Below, piece by piece: positions 29,243-41,886 of a stretch of DNA of 64,000 bases. This DNA comes from an uncultured Acidobacteriota bacterium. Lineage in GTDB: Bacteria; Acidobacteriota; Thermoanaerobaculia; Multivoradales; SZUA-115. The stretch spans positions 1,024,001 through 1,088,000 of the forward strand of contig CAWDVR010000002.1 of the NCBI GenBank assembly GCA_963805975.1, given 5' to 3'. Positions within the stretch are counted from its first letter, which is position 1. Every line of letters starts with the position of its first letter. A program made the translations under genes and the position numbers. Below the pieces are notes generated by a model, which searched no databases, was not told the DNA's origin, and saw only the letters and a program-made list of their open reading frames with translations.

Positions 29243-31041
29243 GCTCCTGGCGCAAGGGCTGGTTGCGGGTCGAGCGCGTTCGTCAGCGCGGCCACCAGAC
29301 CGTCGAGTGTACTCGGCCGGGCTTCGGCGTCGGGTGCACGGCCATGGGAGAGCAAGGCCCGCGTCGTGGTCGGGCCGATCGAGACCACGAGCCGCCCACG
29401 GAGCGCGGCGGCGAAGTCTGCGGCTCCGAGAGCCTCTTCGAGTCCGGCGACGGCCGACGGGCTGGTGAAGGTGATCGCATCGACCTCTCCGGCGGCGAGA
29501 GCGGCGCGGCAGACTGCGGCATCGAGCCCGGCCGGCAAGGTCCGATAGGCCTCGACGCTCGTGACCTCCGCGCCGAGCTCGCTCAATCCATGGGCCAGCT
29601 CGGGCCGGGTCAGGGCGCTCGACGGCAGCAGGACACGGGCGCCGGGAGCGTCACCGGCGGCACGGAAGCTCTCGACCAGGCCTGCGGCGCGGAAGTCGGC
29701 AGGCATGCGCTCGACCCGCCAGCCGGCCCGCTCCGCCGCCGCCGCGGTCTCCGGCCCGACGGCCGCGACCCGGAGCCCCCGTGGAGCGGGCAGAGCCACC
29801 GCAGTCAGGGCGGCCACCGCGTGGGCGCTCGTGAAGACCACCCAGTCGTAGCGGTCGAGGCTCATCCCGGCCTCGGTCAGGGGCCCAGGGTCGGCCGGCG
29901 GAGCGATCGCGACCGCGTTCCAGCGCAGCGCGCGGGCGCCCAAATGGGCCAGGCGCCGTTCGAGCGGCCCGCCGGGCGGCTCCGCGCGGGTGATGGCGAC
30001 GACCCGCCCGGCGAGAGGCAGTAGGGGCGACCGGCGGTCGCCCTCCGAGCGCAGCCGGATCGCTGCCAGAATCTCCCCCGCCCCGCGAGCCAGGAGCTCC
30101 TCGGCGAGCGCCAGGCCCAGAGCCTCGGCGTCATCCGCCTCACCCTCGAGCCGGCCCTCCACGGCTTTGCGGCCGTCGAGCGAGCAGACGATGCCGGCGA
30201 TCGTGAGCCGGGTGCCCTCGATCTCGGCGAGCGCGCCCACGGGGACCTGGCAGCCGCCTTCGAGCCGGGCGAGGAACGCCCGTTCGGCAGCCGTCGCGGC
30301 GCGGGTAGCGGCATCGTCGAGCCGTTCCACCCAGGAACGGGTTTCGGTGTCAGCCTCCCGGACCTGGACCGCGATGGCACCTTGCCCCGGCGCGGGCAGC
30401 GCTCGTGCCGTGGGCAGGAAGGCGCTGATCCGGCCCGCAAGGCCCAGTCGCTTGACGCCGGCCGCGGCCAGCACGATGGCGTCCATGCAGCTCTTGTCCA
30501 GGGCCCCCTCGTCGAGATGTCGAATGCGGGTCGGCACGTTGCCGCGCAGGTCGACCAGCTCGAGGTCCGGCCGCCAGCGGGCGAGGAGCGCTCGCCGGCG
30601 CAGGCTGCAGGTGCCGACGCGGGCGCCGGCAGGAAGCGTGTCGAGCGTCCCGCCGTCGAGCGCTCTCGGCGCGGCACCCTGGCGGGCGATCAGCACGTCG
30701 CGTGGGTCCTCGCGCGCCAGCACGGCGCCGAGAGCCAGGCCGGGGGGCTCGCTGGTGGCGAGGTCCTTCAAGCTGTGGACGGCGAGGTCGATCTCGGCGC
30801 TCGACAAGGCGTGCTCGATCTCCCGGGTGAAGAAGTCCTTGCCGGCGACCTGCGACAGCGGCAGGTCGGTGACCCGGTCGCCCTGGGTGCGGATCACCAC
30901 CAGCTCGGTCGGCGGCGCACCGGGCAGGGCGGCGAGTTGCTCCGCGACGTGGCGAGCCTGCCAGAGGGCCAGCTCCGAGCCACGGGTACCGATGCGGAGC
31001 GAGCCTGACGAACGCGGCGGCGAGCCTTGGTGAGACATCAT
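29239..31041 (-). CDS. hemC: Fused hydroxymethylbilane synthase / uroporphyrinogen-III synthase (HemC-HemD)
   Basis: [27 protein letters not shown] and LEGGCQVP, continuing in frame into [31 protein letters not shown] and SIGPTT. Confidence 0.9.
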   Translation of the reverse strand: MMSHQGSPPRSSGSLRIGTRGSELALWQARHVAEQLAALPGAPPTELVVIRTQGDRVTDLPLSQVAGKDFFTREIEHALSSAEIDLAVHSLKDLATSEPPGLALGAVLAREDPRDVLIARQGAAPRALDGGTLDTLPAGARVGTCSLRRRALLARWRPDLELVDLRGNVPTRIRHLDEGALDKSCMDAIVLAAAGVKRLGLAGRISAFLPTARALPAPGQGAIAVQVREADTETRSWVERLDDAATRAATAAERAFLARLEGGCQVPVGALAEIEGTRLTIAGIVCSLDGRKAVEGRLEGEADDAEALGLALAEELLARGAGEILAAIRLRSEGDRRSPLLPLAGRVVAITRAEPPGGPLERRLAHLGARALRWNAVAIAPPADPGPLTEAGMSLDRYDWVVFTSAHAVAALTAVALPAPRGLRVAAVGPETAAAAERAGWRVERMPADFRAAGLVESFRAAGDAPGARVLLPSSALTRPELAHGLSELGAEVTSVEAYRTLPAGLDAAVCRAALAAGEVDAITFTSPSAVAGLEEALGAADFAAALRGRLVVSIGPTTTRALLSHGRAPDAEARPSTLDGLVAALTNALDPQPALAPGA

Positions 31042-31657
31042 CCCGCGGCTTTGACGAGCGCTTCGAGGAGCGCGGAACGCGTCGCCGCCTGCTGCGCTTC
31101 GCGGCTGACGGTCGCTTCGCCGTCGAAGAGCTGATGACCGTAGTGGCCGAACTGAGAGTGATTGCCTCCCTCGATCTCCACCCACGTCGTGTGCTCCGGC
31201 AGCAGCCCCTTGTTGGACAGGACTCGATCCGGAGGAGCGATGCCGTCGTTCGAGGCGATCACGCTCCCTGCACGACCCATCGCGGTCCTCCTGTGCGATT
31301 CGAAGGGTGCGAAGCGATAGGGCAATTTCACCACGAAGACGGCGTAGCCGGCCTCGGCGATCGGCCGCAGCAGCGGGGCGTAAGCCTGGGCAGCAACACC
31401 GGGACCGCACAGGAAGACGAGCGCCGCCCGACTCTCGGACCTGGCGGGCAGGAATTCCAACGTGGCAGCCGAGTCCACCACGGAGACCTCGGGACTGCTC
31501 CGCAGAGTCTCCTCGTCGACTCCGCGGGTCCGAACGGAGTTGACCAGCCAGGAGGTCGACACGACGGCCCAGACCAGGAAACCACGTCGAGCCCAGCGGT
31601 GGATCCTGGACCGTCCTCGATCCTTCGTCGCTACCGCGCGGGTCATGACGTGCCCGC

Positions 31658-31661
<4 letters not shown>
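31038..31661 (-). pseudogene. Alpha/beta hydrolase (Abhydrolase_5-like) with an apparent internal in-frame deletion of the nucleophile region
   Basis: Has LVFLCGPGV..AYAPLLRPIAEAGY, SNDGIA and IEGGNHSQFGHYG but no GxSxG motif; only 207 aa. Confidence 0.6.
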
Positions 31662-32970
<1,309 letters not shown>

Positions 32971-32974
<4 letters not shown>

Positions 32975-34356
32975 CGCGCGATCTCCTCTTCGGCCAGCGC
33001 CTCGGCCAGAGCGTCGTCGAGCCACCGGATCTCGCCGGCCGGCGCGGCTGCCGCCGGCTTCCCTGTGGGCTCTAGCGCCGCGAACAGGTCCTCGTCGCAG
33101 GCGGCGAGGAAGCTCCGCACCGCGTCCATGCCCTGCTCGGCGGCGAGACCCTTGAGGCCCAGGGTCGGAAGGTGGGCGAAGCGGCGGGCGAGAGTCTCGG
33201 CCCAGCGCTCGAGATCGTCACGGCTCTCTCCTTCGAGGACCAGGCCCTGCTTCCTGAGCAGCCGTTCGACCCCCTCGAGCGCGGTCTCGCGGAAGCGGCG
33301 GTTGATGCGGGCGATCACCGGGGCGAGCGCGCGTTCGGCGAGCCGGCGCTTGAGGCTCGAAAGCGCCGTCTCGACCACCTCGCGGGCGGCGGCAGCCTCC
33401 GCCAGCCGGGCCTCGTGCCCCTGGCGGGCGATCCCGCTCACGTCGTCGATGCCGACCCGCTGGACCCCCACCTCGTCGGCCACCCGCGGGTCGACGTCGG
33501 GCGGCACGGCCAGGTCGACGACGAGCGGCGGCTCCTGGCTCTCGGTGCGGGCCGCGAGGCGCTCCAGGGCGGCGCGGTCCAGCACCGGCTCCGATGCGCC
33601 GGTGGCGCAGAGCACCGCCTCCACTCGGGGCGGGCGCTCGCGGAGCTCCTCGAGCGCCAGGCACTCGCCGGCGCCCACCTCCGCCACCAGCGCCTCGGCG
33701 TGGGCCAGCGTGCGGTTGACCACCACGAACGGCACGCGCTCGCGCCGCAGGATCTCGGCCGCGCGGCGGATCATCGGCGAGACCCCCACCAGGGCCACCG
33801 GCGAGGGCGTGCGGCGCACCCGTTCGAGCAGGAGCTCGCCCGCGATCTCGGCGAGCGACACGCGCCCGCGGCCGAGCTGGGTGGTGAGATGAACCTGCCG
33901 GGCCACCTTGAGCGCCTCTTCGAGCAGCACGCCCAGCATGCCGCCCGCGGTGCCGGCCTGCCGCGCCTGGGCGAGGGCCTCGCGCATCTGCCCCTGGATC
34001 TCGCGCTCGCCCAAGAGCGCCGAGTCCAGCCCCGAGGCCATCTCGAAGAGATGTCGAACGGCGGGCTCCCCCACTTGGCAGGAGAGCAGGCTTTCAGCCT
34101 CTCCCGGCCCGGCTTCCCGGCCGGCGAGGGCAAAGAACAGCCGCCTCCGAAGGTCCTCGGCCCTCGGCGCTTCTGGGCCAGCCACGATCACCTCGACCCG
34201 GTTGCAGGTGGCGAGATAGACCAACTCGGGCACGCCCAGAGCCGCCGCCAGGTCGCCCATGCGGCGCGCGCGGTCCTCACGGGGAATTGTCAGCCGGGCC
34301 AGCTCCGCCGCCCCGTGCTCGCGCCCCGAGATGCCAATGACGCCGATCGATTCCAT
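32971..34356 (-). CDS. hemA: Glutamyl-tRNA reductase
   Basis: LATCNRVE, HLFEMASGLDS.LLGEREIQGQ, VVNRT, DLAVPPDV. Confidence 0.92.
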
Positions 34357-34531
34357 GGGCGGTCATCTTCGCACGCTCCCCAAGGGTCTAGCACCAGGCA
34401 AAGACCTTGTGCCATGATTGCTGCCAACAGAGCAGACGAAGCATGGGGCCCGAGCGAGCCGGTGGGGCGGAATCCCGGTGGGTCCAATCAGGGACATGGG
34501 TCAGTCGCCCACCACGGCGCCGAGCGAGGGC

Positions 34532-36049
34532 ATGAGCGGAACGCACGACGAAAGCGGTCCGATCGCGGGCCGAACCAGCCAGACGGCCGAGATCTCGGCC
34601 GATCTGGCTTCCCCCGACCTTCTCGACCCGGTTGACCACCGCGCGCCGCTGATTCTCGGCGCGCCGACCTTCCACGCCATCACCGAGGCGGTAGCGCGGC
34701 CGCTCGAGCGGCCGCCCACGCGCGGCTGGTGGATCTGCTTCCTCACCTCCCTCTCGATGCTGGGCCTTCTGGGCGTCGCCATCGCCTGGCTGTTCTGGGA
34801 GGGGATCGGCGTCTGGGGCCTCAACAACCCCGTCGGCTGGGCGTTCGACATCACCAACTTCGTGTTCTGGGTGGGCATCGGCCACGCCGGCACGCTGATC
34901 TCGGCGATCCTCTTCCTCTTCCGCCAGAAGTGGCGGACCTCGATCAACCGCTCCGCGGAGGCGATGACCATCTTCGCGGTGATGTGCGCATTGATCTTCC
35001 CCGGCATCCACGTCGGCCGGCCCTGGGTGGCGTACTGGATGTCGCCGCTTCCCAACCAGATGGACATGTGGCCGCAGTTCAGAAGCCCGCTGATGTGGGA
35101 CGTCTTCGCGGTCTCGATCTACGGCTCGGTCTCGGCGCTGTTCTGGTTCGTGGGCCTGGTGCCGGACCTGGCCACCATCCGCGACCGCTCGACCGGCCTG
35201 CGGCGCAAGATCTTCGGCGCGCTGGCCCTGGGCTGGCGCAGCTCGGTGCGCCACTGGCAGCACTACGAGAAGGCGTACCTGGTCCTCGCCGGGCTGGCGA
35301 CGCCGCTGGTGCTCTCGGTCCACTCCATCGTGTCGATGGACTTCGCGACCTCCCAGCTCCCCGGCTGGCACACCACCATCTTCCCGCCCTACTTCGTCGC
35401 CGGCGCCATCTTCTCGGGCTTCGCGATGGTGGTGACGCTGATGGTGATCACGCGCAAGGTGTTCGGCCTCGAGCAGGTGATCACCATGAAGCACTTCGAC
35501 TACATGGCCAAGATCATGCTCGTCACCGGCATGATGGTGGGCTACGCCTACAGCCTGGAGTTCTTCATCGCCTGGTTCTCGGGCAGCGCCTACGAGCTGT
35601 TCACGTTCAAGAACCGCGCCTTCGGGCCCTATGCCTGGGCCTACTGGACGATGGTCTCCTGCAACGTGCTCTCGCCGCAGCTCTTCTGGTTCAAGAAGGT
35701 GCGCTCGTCCCTGCTGTGGCTGTTCGTGCTCTCGATCTTCGTCAACGTCGGCATGTGGTTCGAGCGCTTCGTGATCATCGTCACCTCGCTGCACCGGGAC
35801 TTCCTGCCGTCCTCCTGGTTCTACTTCACGCCGACGTTCTTCGACATCGCGACGATGATCGGCAGCTTCGGCCTGTTCTTCACCATGTTCTGCCTCTTCG
35901 TGCGCTTCCTGCCGATCGTCGCCACCGCCGAGGTGAAGACGGTGCTGCCACAGGCGGCGGCGCATCCGCTGGTGGCGCCGAGGATCGAGCACGACGAGCC
36001 TGCCGTCGTCGGCCGGCGTTCGGATCTCGCCCGAGGAGAAGCCGGCTGA
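34532..36049 (+). CDS. actC: Alternative complex III subunit C (NrfD/PsrC family)
   Basis: [71 protein letters not shown]. Start is 34532 or 34496. Confidence 0.93.
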   Translation: MSGTHDESGPIAGRTSQTAEISADLASPDLLDPVDHRAPLILGAPTFHAITEAVARPLERPPTRGWWICFLTSLSMLGLLGVAIAWLFWEGIGVWGLNNPVGWAFDITNFVFWVGIGHAGTLISAILFLFRQKWRTSINRSAEAMTIFAVMCALIFPGIHVGRPWVAYWMSPLPNQMDMWPQFRSPLMWDVFAVSIYGSVSALFWFVGLVPDLATIRDRSTGLRRKIFGALALGWRSSVRHWQHYEKAYLVLAGLATPLVLSVHSIVSMDFATSQLPGWHTTIFPPYFVAGAIFSGFAMVVTLMVITRKVFGLEQVITMKHFDYMAKIMLVTGMMVGYAYSLEFFIAWFSGSAYELFTFKNRAFGPYAWAYWTMVSCNVLSPQLFWFKKVRSSLLWLFVLSIFVNVGMWFERFVIIVTSLHRDFLPSSWFYFTPTFFDIATMIGSFGLFFTMFCLFVRFLPIVATAEVKTVLPQAAAHPLVAPRIEHDEPAVVGRRSDLARGEAG

Positions 36050-36606
36050 TGGCCCTGTTGCGGCCCAGCCTGCCGGCCGGCGACCGCTTCGGCGCTCTCG
36101 CCGAGTACGCCTCGCCCGCGGCGCTCTACCATGCCTGCGAGGCGGTGCGCGACGCCGGCTACACGCGCTGGGACGCGCACACGCCGTTCCCCGTGCACGG
36201 GCTGGACCGGGCCATGGGCCTCAAGGCCTCGCGCCTCCCTTGGGTGTCGCTCGTCCTGGCGCTCGGCGGCGGCCTGGCCGGCATGGGCCTCCAGGGCTGG
36301 GTGAGCACGACCGCCTACCCGCTGGTGATCAGCGGCAAGCCGTTCTTCAGCTGGCCGGCGTTCGTTCCCGTGACCTTCGAGCTGGCGGTGCTCGGCGGCG
36401 CCCTGGGCGCGGTGTTCGGCATGTTCGCCATGAACCAGTTGCCTACCCTGTACCACCCGCTCTTCGGCAGCGCGAGCTTCGAGCGGGCGAGTGACGACGG
36501 CTTCTTCATCTCGATCGAGTCCTGGGACCCCCAGTTCGACGCCGACCGGACGGTCGAGTTCCTGCGCCGCCTGGGAGCCACCCAGGTCGAGCTGGTCGCG
36601 AGCTAG
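36049..36606 (+). CDS. actD: Alternative complex III subunit D (DUF3341)
   Basis: DAHTPFPVHGLDRAMG, YPLVISGKP, PAFVPVTFEL. Confidence 0.92.
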   Translation: MALLRPSLPAGDRFGALAEYASPAALYHACEAVRDAGYTRWDAHTPFPVHGLDRAMGLKASRLPWVSLVLALGGGLAGMGLQGWVSTTAYPLVISGKPFFSWPAFVPVTFELAVLGGALGAVFGMFAMNQLPTLYHPLFGSASFERASDDGFFISIESWDPQFDADRTVEFLRRLGATQVELVAS

Positions 36607-36618
36607 GCGAGCCTCCCG

Positions 36619-37845
36619 ATGAGCGATCACGGCCACCACCCGCACCCGCCCGTGCTGCGCGCCTCGTCGCTGTGGCTGCCGCCGGACCATGCCTGGCGTC
36701 GCCTGCCGAAGCTCGGCCTGGTGCTGGCGGTGCTGGGGCTCGGCGGCAGCCTGGCTCTCGGGCTCCTCTCCCACGACGGGCGGCACCAGCTCTGGCACTC
36801 CTGGCTCGTGGGCTCGCTCTTCGTGCTCTCCGTGGCCCTGGGCGGCCTCTTCTTCGTGCTCGTCCACCACGCCACGCAGGCGGGTTGGAGCGTGGTAGTG
36901 CGGCGGATCGCCGAGAACGCCATGGCCACGCTGCCCTTCCTGGCGCTGCTGTTCGTGCCACTGCTCTTTGGCATGCACGACCTCTTTCACTGGAGCCATG
37001 CCGACGCGGTGGCCGCGGACCCGTTGCTCGCCCACAAACGGCCCTACCTCAACGTGCCGTTCTTCCTGATCCGCACCCTGGCCTACTTCGGCATCTGGTC
37101 GTTTCTGGCGATCTGGTTCGGCCGGCTGTCCCGGCTCCAGGATCAGACCGGCGACCACGAGCTCACCCGGCGGATGCGGCGGGCGAGCGCGCCGGGGCTG
37201 CTGCTCTTCGCCATCAGCGTGACCTTCTTCGCCTTCGATTGGGTGATGTCGCTCGACCCCCACTGGTACTCGACGATCTTCGGGGTCTACTTCTTCGCCG
37301 GCTCGACGGTCGCCTTCTTCGCCTTCCTGGCACTGGTGGCTCTCGGCCAGCGGCACATGCTCGCCCGGGTGCTGAACGCCGAGCACCTGCACGACATCGG
37401 CAAGCTGCTCTTCGCCTTCGTCGCCTTCTGGGCCTACATGGCGTTCTCCCAGTACCTGCTCATCTGGTACGCCAACCTTCCGGAGGAGACCGGCTTCTTC
37501 GCCCAGCGTCTGAACGGCTCGTGGCGGCCGGCGAGCGCGGTGCTCGCCCTCGGGCATTTCGTGGTGCCGTTCTTCTTCCTCCTGCCGCGCACCACCAAGC
37601 GCCACACCACCGCTCTGGCCGCGGCCTCGGTGTGGCTGCTGGTGATGCACTTGCTCGACCTCTACTGGCTGGTGATGCCGAGCCTCCATGCGGACGGTAT
37701 GGCGCCGAGCTTGCTCGATCTCGCGACGCTGATAGGCTGTGGCGGTGTCTTTCTGGCGGCTTTCGGTTGGTCCCAGAGCCGTCAGGCCTTGGTGCCGTTG
37801 CGCGACCCGCGTCTTCCGGAGTCGCTCACCTTCGAGAACGTTTGA
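36619..37845 (+). CDS. actF: Alternative complex III subunit F
   Basis: AGWSVVVRRIAE, KRPYLNVPFF, DWVMSLDPHWYSTIFG, HLHDIGKL, FSQYLLIWYANLPEE. Confidence 0.9.
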   Translation: MSDHGHHPHPPVLRASSLWLPPDHAWRRLPKLGLVLAVLGLGGSLALGLLSHDGRHQLWHSWLVGSLFVLSVALGGLFFVLVHHATQAGWSVVVRRIAENAMATLPFLALLFVPLLFGMHDLFHWSHADAVAADPLLAHKRPYLNVPFFLIRTLAYFGIWSFLAIWFGRLSRLQDQTGDHELTRRMRRASAPGLLLFAISVTFFAFDWVMSLDPHWYSTIFGVYFFAGSTVAFFAFLALVALGQRHMLARVLNAEHLHDIGKLLFAFVAFWAYMAFSQYLLIWYANLPEETGFFAQRLNGSWRPASAVLALGHFVVPFFFLLPRTTKRHTTALAAASVWLLVMHLLDLYWLVMPSLHADGMAPSLLDLATLIGCGGVFLAAFGWSQSRQALVPLRDPRLPESLTFENV

Positions 37846-37909
37846 GGAAGCCACAGCAATGTCCCACACCCACCACCATCAGATCTTGCCCACGCGGAGG
37901 AGCTCCACG

Positions 37910-38625
37910 ATGTCCAAGCACCTCAAGTCCCTGGCGGGCACCGGCCTAGCCTTTGCCCTCGCCCTCGCCACCAGCCCTGTCTTCGCCGCCGGCATCACCG
38001 GCACCGTCACCTACACCGGGAAGGTACCCACCCTGAAACCCCTCGCCATGGACGCCGACCCGGGCTGTGCCGCCAAGCACTCCGGCCCGGTGCCGAGCGA
38101 GGTGCTGGTGCTCGGTTCGGGCAACACCATGGCCAACGTCATGGTGCGGGTCAAGAACGCTCCCGCGGGCGGCACCGCCCCGTCGACGCCGGCGGTGATC
38201 GACCAGAAGGGCTGCCAGTACTCCCCGCACGTCCTCGGGATCATGGTCAACCAGACCTTGAAGCTCAAGAACTCCGACGGCGTGCTGCACAACGTCCACG
38301 CCCTGCCCAAGGTCAACACGCCCTTCAACATGGCGATGCCGGCCAACCGCACTCGAGGCGGACACCAAGTTCGGCAAGGAAGAGGGCATGTTCCTCGTCA
38401 AGTGCGACGTCCATCGGCTGGATGACCGCCTACGTCGGCGTGTTCTCGAACCCCTTCTTCGCGGTCTCGGGCAAGGACGGCAAGTTCTCGATCCCGAGCC
38501 TGCCGCCGGGCACCTACGAGCTCGAGGCCTGGCACGAGAAGCTCGGCGTCAAGACCGCCAGCGTGACGGTCACCGCGGACAAGCCGGCGACCGCCAACTT
38601 CGCGTTCGCCGCGCCGGGCGGCTGA
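37910..38625 (+). CDS. Secreted cupredoxin-like / carboxypeptidase-regulatory-like protein (two frameshifts near 38353 and 38414)
   Basis: GGAGG RBS, signal peptide, DQKGCQYSPHV, LHNVH, KCDVH.WM, and C-terminal LPPGTYELEAWHE. Confidence 0.75.
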
Positions 38626-38666
38626 GCGCGGCCCGAACCGTAACCGCCGTCTAGCCCGGGGAGACC

Positions 38667-40466
38667 ATGGCCACCACCGCGACCCAAGCACCAGCCCACT
38701 CCCACCACGGGAGTGGGCACCACGACGCTGCGCACGAGCACGCCCATCCCGACCTGGGCTTCTGGCGCAAGTACGTGTTCTCGACCGACCACAAGGTCAT
38801 CGGCATCTGGTATGCGGTGACCGGCCTGCTGTTCCTGTTCTTCGGCTTCTGCCTGGTGATGCTGATGCGCTGGCAGCTCGCCTTCCCCGGGCGGGCGCTG
38901 CCGATCATCGGCAACCTGCTCGGCGAGGCCCGCATGCCGGGCGGCGCCATGCTGCCCGAGTTCTACAACGAGCTCGGCGCCATGCACGGCACGATCATGG
39001 TGTTCCTCGGGGTCGTGCCGCTGGCGGTCGGCGGTTTCGGCAACTTCGTGCTGCCGCTCCAGATCGGCGCCCCCGACATGGCGTTCCCGAAGATCAACCT
39101 GGCGAGCTACTGGTCGTACTTCCTGGGCGGCGTGACCATGCTGGCGAGCTTCTTCGTGCCCGGCGGCGCGGCGCAGTCCGGCTGGACGTCGTACGCGCCG
39201 CTCTCGGTGATCGCCGGTGAAGGCCAGACGATGTGGCTCATCGGCATGATCTTCCTCATCACTTCCTCGCTGCTCGGCTCGATCAACTTCATCGTCACTA
39301 CGGTCCAGCTCAGAGCGCCCGGCCTCTCCTACTTCCGGCTCCCGTTCTTCGTCTGGGCGCAGCTCGTCACCTCGTTCCTTCTGCTCCTCGCCTTCCCGCC
39401 GCTCGAGGCCGCCGGCATCCTGCAGCTGATGGACCGGCTGGCCGGGTCCAGCTTCTTCATGCCCAGCGGCCTGGTGGTCTCCGGCCAGATAGCGGCCTAC
39501 ACCGGCGGCGGCAACCCGATCCTGTGGCAGCACCTGTTCTGGTTCCTCGCCCACCCCGAGGTCTACGTGCTGATCCTGCCGGCTTTCGGGATCGTGGCGG
39601 AAGTGATGGCCAACAACACCCGGAAACCGCTCTTCGGCTACAAGATCATGGTGCACTCGTTGTGGTTCCTGGGCTTCATGTCGTTCATCGTCTGGGCGCA
39701 CCACATGTTCTTCACCGGCATGGGCACGACGATGGCGGCCTTCTTCCAGACCACCACGATGATCATCTCGATCCCCTCGGTGGCGCTCCTGACCTCGCTC
39801 CTCATCTCGCTCTGGGGCGGCTCGATCCGGTTCAACACGCCGATGCTCTTCGCGCTCGCCTTCCTGCCGATGTTCGGCATCGGCGGCCTGACCGGCCTGC
39901 CGCTGGGCCTCTCGGCCGCGGACATCCCGCTCCACGACACCTACTACGTGATCGGGCACTTCCACTACGTGGTGGCGCCGGGCACCCTCTTCGCGCTCTT
40001 CGCCGGCATCTACTACTGGTTCCCCAAGGCCACCGGACGGATGATGAGCGAGCGCCTGGGCAAGCTCCACTTCTGGCCTTCGCTGATCTTCATCAACGGC
40101 ATCTTCATGCCGATGTTCATCCAGGGCCTGGCGGGAGTGTCGCGCCGCCTGTACGACGGCGGCGCCTCGTACGACTTCGCGCAAGAGGTGAGCCACTGGA
40201 ACGTGTTCATGTCCTACTCGGCCTGGGGCCTGGCGATCGCCCAGATCCCGTTCATCATCAACTTCTTCTGGAGCATCAAGCGCGGCCAGAAGGTGGGCGA
40301 CAACCCCTGGAACGCCACGACCATCGAGTGGGCGGCCCCGTCGCCGCCGCCGCACGGCAACTTCCTCACGCCGCCCGAAGCACACCGCGGCCCGTACGAG
40401 TACAGCGTGCCCGGACAGCCGCTCGACTACTCACCGCAGTACCAATCGGAACAACGGGCGAGCTGA
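38667..40466 (+). CDS. ctaD: Heme-copper oxidase subunit I, A1-type
   Basis: TDHKVIG, MHGTIM, APDMAFPKIN, HPEVY, WAHHMF, HDTYYVIGHFHYV, RR pair. Confidence 0.96.
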   Translation: MATTATQAPAHSHHGSGHHDAAHEHAHPDLGFWRKYVFSTDHKVIGIWYAVTGLLFLFFGFCLVMLMRWQLAFPGRALPIIGNLLGEARMPGGAMLPEFYNELGAMHGTIMVFLGVVPLAVGGFGNFVLPLQIGAPDMAFPKINLASYWSYFLGGVTMLASFFVPGGAAQSGWTSYAPLSVIAGEGQTMWLIGMIFLITSSLLGSINFIVTTVQLRAPGLSYFRLPFFVWAQLVTSFLLLLAFPPLEAAGILQLMDRLAGSSFFMPSGLVVSGQIAAYTGGGNPILWQHLFWFLAHPEVYVLILPAFGIVAEVMANNTRKPLFGYKIMVHSLWFLGFMSFIVWAHHMFFTGMGTTMAAFFQTTTMIISIPSVALLTSLLISLWGGSIRFNTPMLFALAFLPMFGIGGLTGLPLGLSAADIPLHDTYYVIGHFHYVVAPGTLFALFAGIYYWFPKATGRMMSERLGKLHFWPSLIFINGIFMPMFIQGLAGVSRRLYDGGASYDFAQEVSHWNVFMSYSAWGLAIAQIPFIINFFWSIKRGQKVGDNPWNATTIEWAAPSPPPHGNFLTPPEAHRGPYEYSVPGQPLDYSPQYQSEQRAS

Positions 40467-40475
40467 GGCCAGGCC

Positions 40476-41066
40476 ATGGAAATCCCCTACACCGTCGCGG
40501 AGCGGCCCGACACGGGCCTGAACAACGGCAAGATCGGCATCTGGCTGTTCCTCGCCTCGGAGGTCATGCTCTTCGGGGCGCTGTTTGCGACCTACCTGAT
40601 CATGCGCATCGGCGCCGAGACCTGGCCCCGCGGCGACTCGATCCTCAACGTGCCGCTCGCCACCATCAACACCGCCGTGCTGATCACCTCGAGCGTCACC
40701 ATGGTCATGGCCTGGGCGTCGCTCAAGCGCCACGACTTCGGTAAGTTCCGCCTGTTCATGGGCCTCACGGTACTGGCCGGCTTCGGCTTCCTGCTGATCA
40801 AGTACTTCGAGTACTCGGCCAAGCTCCACCATGGCCTGCTGCCCTCGACCAACACCTTCCTGGCGATCTACTTCACGCTCACCGGCCTGCACGGCCTGCA
40901 CGTCATCGGCGGCATGGTGGTCAACGGCTACCTCTGGGGCCCCGGCTCCAAGCTCTGGAAGACCAACCCCGAGCACTTCACCAACCGGGTGGAGAACTCG
41001 GGGCTGTTCTGGCATTTCGTCGACCTGGTGTGGATCTTCCTGTTCCCGGTCCTCTATCTTCTCTAG
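40476..41066 (+). CDS. ctaE: Heme-copper oxidase subunit III
   Basis: WLFLASEVMLF, LTGLHGLHV, FWHFVDLVWIFLFP. Confidence 0.95.
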   Translation: MEIPYTVAERPDTGLNNGKIGIWLFLASEVMLFGALFATYLIMRIGAETWPRGDSILNVPLATINTAVLITSSVTMVMAWASLKRHDFGKFRLFMGLTVLAGFGFLLIKYFEYSAKLHHGLLPSTNTFLAIYFTLTGLHGLHVIGGMVVNGYLWGPGSKLWKTNPEHFTNRVENSGLFWHFVDLVWIFLFPVLYLL

Positions 41067-41096
41067 ACAGCGGGCAAGCACGTAGGAGCCGTCGCC

Positions 41097-41394
41097 ATGG
41101 ACCACCACGCTGACCTCGACCGCCACGTCAAGACCTACATCCTCGTCTTCGTGACCCTGCTGGTTCTGACGATCGTCACTGTCGCCGTGGCGCGGCTGCA
41201 CCTGCCCGTCGCCGGCGCGGTGGCGGTGGCGCTGATCGTGGCCTCGATCAAGGGCGACGCTGGTCGCCGGCTTCTTCATGCACCTCCTCCACGAGCGCAA
41301 GCTCATCTACTGGGTGCTCGGGTTCACCGTGGCCTTCTTCCTCGCAGTGCTGCTGATGCCACTCTGGACGCACTTCGATCCGATCACCAATTGA
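41097..41394 (+). CDS. ctaF: Heme-copper oxidase subunit IV (frameshift near 41252)
   Basis: YILVFVTLLVLTIVTV. Removing one G in AAGGGCG gives IKATLVAGFFMHLLHERK. Confidence 0.85.
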
Positions 41395-41404
41395 GGGGCT
41401 TCCC

Positions 41405-41602
41405 ATGAACCTCAAGAGCTTCCACGTCGTCTTCATCGTCTGCGCGATCGCCCTCGCCTACCTGCTCGGCGCCTGGGTCCTCCAGAGCCCGGCGCTCACC
41501 GGGGCGCCGCGGCTCGCGGCCGCGGCCGGTGCGTTCGGCGCGGGCCTGGCGCTGGTCGCCTACGGGGCTTGGTTCCTGCGCTATTCCCGGAGACGAGGAT
41601 GA
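41405..41602 (+). CDS. Small two-helix membrane protein
   Basis: MNLKSFHVVFI...; GAGG RBS; lies inside the cox operon. Confidence 0.7.
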   Translation: MNLKSFHVVFIVCAIALAYLLGAWVLQSPALTGAPRLAAAAGAFGAGLALVAYGAWFLRYSRRRG

Positions 41603-41886
41603 GCGGGCGGCTGCGCCCGCTGGCGCTCCCTGCCGGCGCGCTGCTGGCCGCTGCGCTCTGGGCGGTGCCGGCGATCGCGTGCACCGTGTGCTACGGCGCT
41701 GACGCCAACGCCTCGCCGCTCCTCACCGCCGCAAGGCTGGGGGTCTTCCTGCTCCTCGGGATCACCGTCGCGTTGCTCGGCGGCTTCGCGAGATTCTTCT
41801 TCTATCTGCGCAACCGTGCCCGGCAAGTCGAGAGCGAGAGCATCGCCGCGGAGTGGGCGCAACTGCAACGGAGTGCCTCGTCATGA
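41599..41886 (+). CDS. Small membrane protein with a signal peptide followed by CxxC
   Basis: AVPAIACTVCYG then a TM helix; ATGA overlaps at both ends. Confidence 0.7.
   Translation: MSGRLRPLALPAGALLAAALWAVPAIACTVCYGADANASPLLTAARLGVFLLLGITVALLGGFARFFFYLRNRARQVESESIAAEWAQLQRSASS

Noticed and set aside
34395-34430. Sigma54, FNR or Rex site between hemA and actC
   Set aside because: TGGCAC...TTGC spacing is 2 nt too long for sigma54, and there is no convincing TTGAT-N4-ATCAA or TTGTGAA-N4-TTCACAA.
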